Source: Pirellulaceae bacterium (GTDB taxonomy: Bacteria > Planctomycetota > Planctomycetia > Pirellulales > Pirellulaceae). Taken from it: DNA of 64,000 nt. Each line of letters starts with the position of its first letter. The first letter of the stretch is position 1. Below, one piece after another: positions 57,294 to 64,000 of the stretch. Location: assembly GCA_046593355.1 (NCBI GenBank), contig JBKJNY010000062.1, forward strand, positions 29,267 to 93,266, in the 5' to 3' direction. The notes beneath the pieces were generated by a model. That model worked only from the letters and a program-made list of their open reading frames with translations, made no database searches and was not told the DNA's origin. Both the position numbers and the translations under genes were made by a program.

Positions 57294-58304
57294 TTGTCCG
57301 TGAATTACGCCGCGATTGGTCCGATAGCCATTCACTTTCCCGAGCGCGTCGAGACCAATGCGCAGCTGCAAGCGGAGTTCCCTTCCTGGGACATGCCGCT
57401 GATTTTTGAGAAGACCGGCATCGCCTCCCGGCATATTGCGGCTCCGGGAGAGTGCGCATCGGACCTGGCGGTGGCGGCCGCGAACAAGCTGTTTCACGAA
57501 GGGGTCGATCCGCAAAGCATCGACTTTGTGCTACTCTGCACGCAAACTCCGGACTACCCGCTGCCGACGACGGCCTGCCTGGTGCAAAGCCGGCTGGGAC
57601 TGCGGACGAACGTCGGGGCGCTTGATTTCAACCTGGGGTGCTCCGGATTCGTATACGGCCTGTCGCTGGCGGACGGCCTCATCCGGGCGGGATGCGCCAA
57701 GCGGGTGCTGCTGCTCACCGCCGAGACCTACTCCAAATACATTCACCCCACCGACCGCAGCCTCCGCACGATTTTTGGCGACGGGGCCGCCGCCACGCTG
57801 ATCGAATCCGCCCCGGAGCCGACGCTGTCGGCCTTTCAATTCGGCACGGACGGCACGGGGGCGGATACGCTGCTGGTGACCAAGGGAGGTGCTCGTCCCG
57901 CGGCAGACGCCATCAAGCCCCGGCATCGGCATCGCTGGGAAAGCGACCTGTATATGGACGGGCCGAGCCTCATCAACTTCACCGTCGTTGCCGTCCCGCA
58001 GCTCGTGCAGAACATCCTCAACGCCGCCGAGTTGCGGAAGGACGAAGTCGATCTCTTTCTGTTGCACCAGGCGACGCTCAAAATGCTGCAGCAATTGCGG
58101 GTAGCCCTGGACCTGACTCCCGATCGCATGCCCATCATGCTCGAGCACTGCGGAAACACCGTTTCGTCCACGCTGCCCATCCTCATCGACGACCTCCGCC
58201 GCAACAACAGCCTGACGAGAGGGATGAACAATGTTCTCGTCGGCTTCGGCGTCGGCTGGTCCTGGGCGGGGTGCGTGTGGCGCGAGACTTGGAAGCGTTT
58301 GTAG
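57294..58304 (+). CDS. Beta-ketoacyl-ACP synthase III (FabH family)
   Basis: Catalytic Cys in NLGCSGFVYGL, His in LLHQATLKML, Asn in HCGNTVSSTLPI. Start is TTG 57294 or GTG 57300. Confidence 0.85.
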   Translation: MSVNYAAIGPIAIHFPERVETNAQLQAEFPSWDMPLIFEKTGIASRHIAAPGECASDLAVAAANKLFHEGVDPQSIDFVLLCTQTPDYPLPTTACLVQSRLGLRTNVGALDFNLGCSGFVYGLSLADGLIRAGCAKRVLLLTAETYSKYIHPTDRSLRTIFGDGAAATLIESAPEPTLSAFQFGTDGTGADTLLVTKGGARPAADAIKPRHRHRWESDLYMDGPSLINFTVVAVPQLVQNILNAAELRKDEVDLFLLHQATLKMLQQLRVALDLTPDRMPIMLEHCGNTVSSTLPILIDDLRRNNSLTRGMNNVLVGFGVGWSWAGCVWRETWKRL

Positions 58305-58386
58305 TAACCCGCTTCAGCGGGTTGTTCTTGTTCCCACCCAGACCGTGGGAACGAGTGCTAACCCGCTGAAGCGGGATACTACGAAC
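58298..58386. repeat. Palindromic repeat family B, copy 3, with extra central hairpin
   Basis: TTTGTAGTAACCCGCTTCAGCGGGTT...GTTCCCACCCAGACCGTGGGAAC...TAACCCGCTGAAGCGGGATACTACGAAC. The TAG in each outer arm is the stop of the flanking convergent gene (58302-58304 and 58379-58381). Confidence 0.85.
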
Positions 58387-61054
58387 CAGGCCGCCGTTGC
58401 GGCTGGGCGCTGAAGGGATCTTCGGGCCAGGAGTGTTTAGGATAGCGGGCACGCAGATCTTTGCGGACGAGAGCATAGGTGTTCGTCCAGAAGCTGCGTA
58501 AGTCATCCGTGACCTGAGCGACTCGCATGTTGGGTGCGAGCAGGTGCAGGAGTACCGGAACTTTGCCGCCGGCGAGGCGCGGCGTATCGAGCAGGCCGAA
58601 AACCTCCTGAATGCGCACGGCGAGGATGGGAGGCCGCCCCAACTCATACTGCACGGCAATCCGGCTGCCGCTGGGGACTTCGATCCGCTCCGGCGTTTCG
58701 CGCTCGATGAGTTGAAGTTGCGGATAGGTGAGGAGACTCTTCACGGCATGCAGCCACGGTGCTTTCCGCAGGTCCGCAAACGACCGGCAGCCGGAGGCGA
58801 GCATCGGGAGGAGCGAGCGAAGGACTTCATCATCGAGGGGTGGCAGGTTCCAGTCCGGCCGCCAGGCCGCGAGGCACTTTGCTCGGGTGATGAACTGCGT
58901 GAAGTCCGCGTTGTCCTTGGGTAGAACGCGCTCCAGATTTTCTGAAGCCGATGCAGCCAGTAGAGATTCGACCTTTTCTCCCGCAGGTAACGCCGCTTGC
59001 GATTCTTCCAGCAACAGCCCATTCCAACTCACCTGCTTCTTGGCGGTCACCGTTTCCCGTTGCTCATCAAATAGGGCGATGGTCTCGGACTGGAGAAGCT
59101 CCTCGCTCAGCCATTCGCGCCGCACTCCGCTGGCCTGGCGGACGAGCGCTTCTCCGGACGCGCCGTCCACATTTACGCAGACAAACAGCTCGGCTTCGAG
59201 CACCGCGGACTCTTCCGCCAGTCTGACGCCGCGTCCGCCCACCATGACGGCTCGCTTGCTGCCGGTCTCGCGGCGGCGGGCGACCCGGTCCGGATAGGCG
59301 GCAAGGATGGCCTGCAGAACGGCGTCATCGGAGGATGCATCCTGCTGCCGCGAATTGCGATGCCTGCTCGATTTTTCCAAGAGTGAAAGCAGTTGCTTCC
59401 GCACCTTGAAAATCTGCTTCGCCACCTGCCGGTGGATTGCGCCGCTGCTGCCGTCGGCGATGCCGCGATCCTCGAAATCCTGCAACGCGTGCAGGCGGTC
59501 CAGCACGTCGCTCTGACTGGAGTGGCTCGCTGGCCGGCGCTGCGGGCCGCCGCTGCGGATGAACGGGTCGCGTTCCGAGAGCATCGCCGCGACGAGCGCG
59601 GTCTCTTCAGCCGCTCCCAGTCGCCGTCCCTCGACCAGCAGCCGGGCAATTCGCGGATGGACGGGCAAGGCGGCTAGTTCCGTTCCCAGCGGCGTTATTT
59701 TCCGGTCATCGAGCGCCCCGAGCATGGTCAGTAGACGTTCGGCTCGCTCCAGCGCGGCTGCCGCCGGCGCTTCGAACCAGGGGAAGGCGCGGTATTCCGG
59801 CTCAATCCACGCGGCGAGTTGCAGGACCGCACCCGCCAGATCAACGCGGTGAATCTCCGGCGTCTCATACTCCGCCCGATGTCTGTGAGCCGCCTCCGGC
59901 CAGAGCCGCAGGCAGACGCCGCTCTGCGTCCGCCCCGCGCGCCCTGCCCGCTGGTCGGCGGACGCTCTGGAGATGGAGGCGACTTCCAGCCGGTCGAGCC
60001 CGGTCTGCTCATCGTGCCGCTGGATGCGGGCGAGGCCGCTATCGACGACTGCCGTTACCCCTTCAATGGTGAGCGAGGTTTCGGCCACGTTCGTCGCCAG
60101 GATCACTTTCCGCCTCGGGCCAGGCGTCAGCACCGCGTCTTGCTGCTCCGCGGGGAGGTCGCCATAGAGCTCCAAGACGGCGAGATTCTGTTCCTCCGCG
60201 AGTCGTTCTAGTCTGGCAGAGGCTTTGCGGATTTCGCCGACGCCGGGGAGGAATACCAAGACATCGCCAGCGGATTCACTCAGGACTTCCGCGACCCCCA
60301 TTGCCGTCAATTCTTCGCTGGGCCGCCTATCGAGGACGGGCAAATGGCGGACGGCCACGGGAAACATCCTCCCCGAGCTCTCCACCACCGGGCAGCCGCC
60401 GAGGTACGCCGCAATCGGCTCGGCGGCGAGCGTGGCGGACATGACGAGAACCTTGAGGTCGGAGCGGACCGACTGCTGGATTTGCCACACCATCCCCAGG
60501 GCCAGATCGCTGCTCAGGGACCGCTCATGGAACTCATCAAAGATGACCGCGGCGATGCCTTCCAAGAATGGCTGCTCGTGGAGCATCCGCAGCAGAATCC
60601 CTTCCGTGATGACCTCAATCTTCGTCCGCGGACTGGTGCGGGAATCGAAGCGGACCTGATAGCCGACTTCCTCCCCCAGCCGCGTTCCCCGTTCATAAGA
60701 CATCCGCGCCGCCGTCGCCCGCGCCGCGACTCTTCGCGGCTGGAGGACGAGAATCTTGCCGCGCTCCGCCAGACCCGCATCAAGCAGCGCCGGCGGCACC
60801 CGCGTTGTTTTCCCCGCACCCGGCGGCGCACGAAGCACCGCGCAGGGACACTGCTGGAGCGCCGCCACGACTTGCGGCAGGACTTCGTCAATCGGCAGGG
60901 GAAGGAGCGGGGGCACGCTGGAATTGTAGGGGTCGGGAGGGGGTTTTGCGGCTGGTGATCGTGGAGGGCGATAGATCGTGGCCGCGAAAACTTCTCCTGA
61001 CCTCGTTCGCGCCGAGACGGAAGGGCAATGGGAATACCGAAACGCCTCCGCCAC
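58379..61054 (-). CDS. hrpB: ATP-dependent RNA helicase HrpB (DEAH box)
   Basis: APPGAGKTT, DEFHERSL, SATL and QRAGRAGR motifs, plus a C-terminal HrpB domain. The Pro-rich first ~45 aa are doubtful; an alternative GTG start lies at 60916. Confidence 0.85.
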   Translation of the reverse strand: MAEAFRYSHCPSVSARTRSGEVFAATIYRPPRSPAAKPPPDPYNSSVPPLLPLPIDEVLPQVVAALQQCPCAVLRAPPGAGKTTRVPPALLDAGLAERGKILVLQPRRVAARATAARMSYERGTRLGEEVGYQVRFDSRTSPRTKIEVITEGILLRMLHEQPFLEGIAAVIFDEFHERSLSSDLALGMVWQIQQSVRSDLKVLVMSATLAAEPIAAYLGGCPVVESSGRMFPVAVRHLPVLDRRPSEELTAMGVAEVLSESAGDVLVFLPGVGEIRKASARLERLAEEQNLAVLELYGDLPAEQQDAVLTPGPRRKVILATNVAETSLTIEGVTAVVDSGLARIQRHDEQTGLDRLEVASISRASADQRAGRAGRTQSGVCLRLWPEAAHRHRAEYETPEIHRVDLAGAVLQLAAWIEPEYRAFPWFEAPAAAALERAERLLTMLGALDDRKITPLGTELAALPVHPRIARLLVEGRRLGAAEETALVAAMLSERDPFIRSGGPQRRPASHSSQSDVLDRLHALQDFEDRGIADGSSGAIHRQVAKQIFKVRKQLLSLLEKSSRHRNSRQQDASSDDAVLQAILAAYPDRVARRRETGSKRAVMVGGRGVRLAEESAVLEAELFVCVNVDGASGEALVRQASGVRREWLSEELLQSETIALFDEQRETVTAKKQVSWNGLLLEESQAALPAGEKVESLLAASASENLERVLPKDNADFTQFITRAKCLAAWRPDWNLPPLDDEVLRSLLPMLASGCRSFADLRKAPWLHAVKSLLTYPQLQLIERETPERIEVPSGSRIAVQYELGRPPILAVRIQEVFGLLDTPRLAGGKVPVLLHLLAPNMRVAQVTDDLRSFWTNTYALVRKDLRARYPKHSWPEDPFSAQPQRRPGS

Positions 61055-61206
61055 TTTGAGGGCGACGTCCCGTGCGGGCTCTGGCGCTCAACGTAGCGAC
61101 GCGAATTGGGATGCGGCGCGAACGGGGTCAGGAGGAGTTTCCCGGACAGTGTTTGTTGACGATGGAGTGTCGATGACCGGGAAAACCCCTCCCGACCCCT
61201 CTTTAG

Positions 61207-61440
61207 CTATTCCGGCGTGAAGTCCTTCAGCGAGCGTCCTAGCCGCTTTCTCTTTCCGGCGCTAATGCCTGTGGCAGAGGCGGCATCGTCCGCTGCGGGA
61301 GATTCCAGCAGCGAAACCAGCCGGTCCTTCCAGGCTTCATCTCCATGGGGAGCGCCGATTTCTTCGACGGCGTCGTTCACGCCGAGGATGACCGACCGCC
61401 GCACACCTTCTCGAATCCACGCGAATAGATTGAATTGCAT
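61207..61440 (-). CDS. Small hypothetical protein (77 aa)
   Basis: ORF only; same strand as its neighbours. Confidence 0.4.
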   Translation of the reverse strand: MQFNLFAWIREGVRRSVILGVNDAVEEIGAPHGDEAWKDRLVSLLESPAADDAASATGISAGKRKRLGRSLKDFTPE

Positions 61441-61567
61441 GACCGCACTCCTTGCACCTGGCTGAAACCTCTCGACCGCCTGCCCAGTTAATTGGTGAGC
61501 GAGAATCTAGGGAGAGAACGCCGCCGCGTCCAGAGAAAATGGCGAAGCCGGGGGGAGTGGCTGGGAA

Positions 61568-62917
61568 TCAAGCTCGCGGATCAGCCGGCACCCAGTCGAT
61601 GGGGAGCACTGCCAGGCGGCCGGCGGTATCGACGTGGGCAGTGCAATCGTGGAGGTTTCTGTCAATCTGGCCCCCGGTGATGATGCTGCCGTCGATGGTG
61701 ACGCCGGCTGCGATGCGATGAGGATCGACCTTCGTTCTTTCGGCGACCGGCATTTCGCTGCCGCTCTCGTCGAAGTACGGATACCTTTCCCACAGCACGG
61801 AATTCTTCAGAGTGGCGTTCTTTTCCACCGTCCAGCCGTCGCCAACGACTGCATAGGGGCCGATGGTTGTGCCGGCTTCGATGAGGCAGTCGTTGCCGAT
61901 GATCGAGGGGCGGACGATTTTAGCTTGGGGGTGAATCTTCGCGTTTGCCCCGACGAATCCCCACGACTTTTCTTCCAACGGAAGTGTCGCTGTGAGCTCG
62001 CCTTCCAGCAGCTTGCGATGGACCTCCAGATAGTCCCGCTTCTGGCCAACATCAAACCAGGCGCCGTCGTATTCAATTCCCCACAGCAGATACGCGCGCG
62101 ACAGCTTCGCGTACGGCAGCCGGCCGAGCATCGCGGGGAAGACGTGTTTGCCAAAATCGTAGAACGGCTGCGGCACTTGGAGGCTGGCCGGTGTGCGGAG
62201 GGCGTCGAGTTCCCGCAGCAAGTCCATTTCGATCATGTAGATGGAGGCATTGTTGAGGTTGCTGGGGGAATCCGGATCCTTCTCGCGGAAATCGCTGATC
62301 CGGCCGGAGCGGGAAAACATCCCGGAGCGAGCTTCAGCCCCTTCGAGCAATACGGTGCCAAAATCCTTCCGACGTTCCCAAGGGACGGGGTTCAAGACCA
62401 GCGTGAAGGCCGCACCAGCGCGCGTATGAATGTCGTACATTTCCTCCAGGAGCGCGGCGCTAAAGTTCGTCACCACGTCTCCGCTCGGAGCAATGAGCGT
62501 CGAGCCGCGGTACGGCTCCGCGGCGGGCGAAGGTTCGTTATCGAAAGTCTTGGCGTCACGTCCCAGTGCTTGCTTGCAGACGCCGCCAAGCGTGCCGCTG
62601 GGAGATTTCTCCTTCACATAGGCGATGTTTGCACCGAACCGCGACCCATCACCAAAATGCCGCTCAATGGTCTCCGCCAGAACGCAGAGGTTCATCGAAA
62701 TATCAGTGATTCCGGCTTCCACCATTCGCCGGACCCAGATTTCCGCCAGCGGGGTTTTGCCGCCGAGTGGAAAGAGTGGCTTGGGAAGGTGCCGGGCGGT
62801 CAGCGGCTCCAGTCGCTTCCCCAGCCCAGCCGCCAGAATCGCGCATTTGAGGTTCTCTGCGACTCCGCGCCGCTGAGCCCAGCCGTTGCTGCTTGCGGCG
62901 GGAAGAGGCTGGGCCAT
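61568..62917 (-). CDS. Sugar-phosphate nucleotidyltransferase with C-terminal left-handed beta-helix
   Basis: AILAAGLGKRLEPLT...PKPLFPLGGK (GxGxRL motif). Hexapeptide repeats IIGNDCLIEAGTTIGPYAVVGDGWTV. Confidence 0.8.
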   Translation of the reverse strand: MAQPLPAASSNGWAQRRGVAENLKCAILAAGLGKRLEPLTARHLPKPLFPLGGKTPLAEIWVRRMVEAGITDISMNLCVLAETIERHFGDGSRFGANIAYVKEKSPSGTLGGVCKQALGRDAKTFDNEPSPAAEPYRGSTLIAPSGDVVTNFSAALLEEMYDIHTRAGAAFTLVLNPVPWERRKDFGTVLLEGAEARSGMFSRSGRISDFREKDPDSPSNLNNASIYMIEMDLLRELDALRTPASLQVPQPFYDFGKHVFPAMLGRLPYAKLSRAYLLWGIEYDGAWFDVGQKRDYLEVHRKLLEGELTATLPLEEKSWGFVGANAKIHPQAKIVRPSIIGNDCLIEAGTTIGPYAVVGDGWTVEKNATLKNSVLWERYPYFDESGSEMPVAERTKVDPHRIAAGVTIDGSIITGGQIDRNLHDCTAHVDTAGRLAVLPIDWVPADPRA

Positions 62918-63137
62918 CGGTAATCTCTCCTTGAGGAAACCTTGAAAACCTAGAATAGAACCTGTCTGGCAGCTGTGGCAGGAAGTTTAGCGTTTGACGC
63001 CGATTTCGGCCTAGCGCAATTCAGAGGGGAATCGGAGCGTATCCTCATGATTGGCATGAGCGAGCCGTTTCCAAATCCCTGCCAGCGATTCTAGGACAAA
63101 TTCCGATGACTCGGTAGGATGATGGCTGGAAGAAGGC

Positions 63138-63252
63138 GGATTTGAGATTTGAGATTTGAGATTTGAGACGAGAGACAACAAAAGGAAGTTCATTGCTGAG
63201 GCTTCTCGGCAGAATCTTGAGAATCTCAAATCACAAATCTCAAATCTCAAAT
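63138..63252. repeat. Two inverted heptamer arrays (GATTTGA x4 ... TCAAATC-type x4) around a ~53-nt spacer, family D
   Basis: GGATTTGAGATTTGAGATTTGAGATTTGAGA (63138-63168) and AATCTCAAATCACAAATCTCAAATCTCAAATT (63222-63252), about 55 nt upstream of cysC. Confidence 0.85.
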
Positions 63253-63305
63253 TGCATTCCGTTCTTCATACTCTTAACTTCGCTGCCCGATCCGCTGAAA
63301 ACCCC

Positions 63306-63965
63306 ATGGAATCCGCTCACGTCACCTGGCACCCCCATAGCGTCACCCGCGAGGACCGCGAAACGTTGAACGGTCATCGCGGCTGCGTGGTTTGGTTCAC
63401 CGGACTGTCGGGGTGCGGCAAGAGCACGGTGGCCAACCTGCTGGAGCGGATGCTGTACGCTCGCGGCGTGCATAGCTTCCTGCTGGATGGCGACAACGTG
63501 CGGCAGTCGCTGAATCCGTCTCCAGCGATGCTGGCGGAATTTGGGGAGTCGTTTGCCCGGCGGTTCGGGCTGGGATTTTCAGCCGAGGACCGGCAGGAGA
63601 ATATCCGCCGCGTGGGAGCGGTTGCGGAACTATTTGCCTCGGCGGGGCTGGTCACGCTGACGGCCTTCGTCAGTCCGTACCGAGCCGATCGCTTGGCGGT
63701 GCGGAAATTGGTGGAAGAGCGCGGGCAAAAGGGAGATTTCATCGAGGTCTTTGTGGATGCCCCATTAGCGGTATGCGAATCCCGCGATCCGAAGGGGCTC
63801 TACAAAAAGGCCCGGGCCGGGGAGCTCAAGAACTTCACGGGAATCGACGATCCTTACGAGCCCCCGGAGGCCCCCGAGCTGCATTTGGCCGCCGGAACCG
63901 CCTCGGCGGAAGACCTGGCCAAGGAAGTGCTAGCATACTTACAGAATTCCATGAAAATTTCGTGA
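63306..63965 (+). CDS. cysC: Adenylylsulfate (APS) kinase
   Basis: P-loop [21 protein letters not shown] and FVSPYRADR motifs. Start moved to ATG 63306; the track's 5' extension is repeat-encoded. Confidence 0.9.
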   Translation: MESAHVTWHPHSVTREDRETLNGHRGCVVWFTGLSGCGKSTVANLLERMLYARGVHSFLLDGDNVRQSLNPSPAMLAEFGESFARRFGLGFSAEDRQENIRRVGAVAELFASAGLVTLTAFVSPYRADRLAVRKLVEERGQKGDFIEVFVDAPLAVCESRDPKGLYKKARAGELKNFTGIDDPYEPPEAPELHLAAGTASAEDLAKEVLAYLQNSMKIS

Positions 63966-64000
63966 GACTAGAGTTTTGGGCGTTGACATTCCGCTCTCCT

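Noticed and set aside
63156-63305. 50-codon N-terminal extension of cysC, and the similar [12 protein letters not shown]-type peptide in the ORF at 25978-26262
   Set aside because: These peptides are translations of the heptamer repeat arrays, not conserved protein sequence. cysC has a good internal ATG at 63306.

Overview
High-GC bacterial chromosomal segment, GC judged by eye and not computed. I infer Planctomycetota from gene content: five DUF1501 paralogs, two giant PSCyt1/DUF1549/DUF1553 proteins, a BBP7-type porin, a secreted protein with an LEDRRLL N-terminal motif and dockerin repeats, a sulfatase, and two PQQ-like beta-propellers. I support about 48 protein genes. Housekeeping anchors are pheS-pheT, ilvB, crcB, ybeY, epmA, cysC and hrpB. 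I saw no rRNA, tRNA, CRISPR array, transposase or integrase. Many long ORFs in the supplied track are antisense shadow ORFs typical of high-GC DNA. The track also misses one real gene, the minus-strand gene at 1-1047, because it runs off the window edge. The most distinctive content is non-coding. There are at least four dispersed families of short structured repeats: three palindromic or hairpin families and one heptamer-array family. Some copies supply stop codons, start-proximal codons, or an in-frame insertion to neighbouring genes. Second-look candidates: (1) a low-GC islet with a solitary three-module HNH-nuclease protein; (2) a transglutaminase-like enzyme gene preceded by a tiny secreted Q/K-rich PTQK-repeat protein; (3) an orientation-conserved hairpin just 5' of three start codons; (4) an M23-PKD gene remnant truncated at a 24-bp perfect inverted repeat; (5) a sigma-54 activator homolog with a degenerate ATPase. 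I found no convincing multi-gene novel system. All family assignments come from motif recognition by eye, with no database search.
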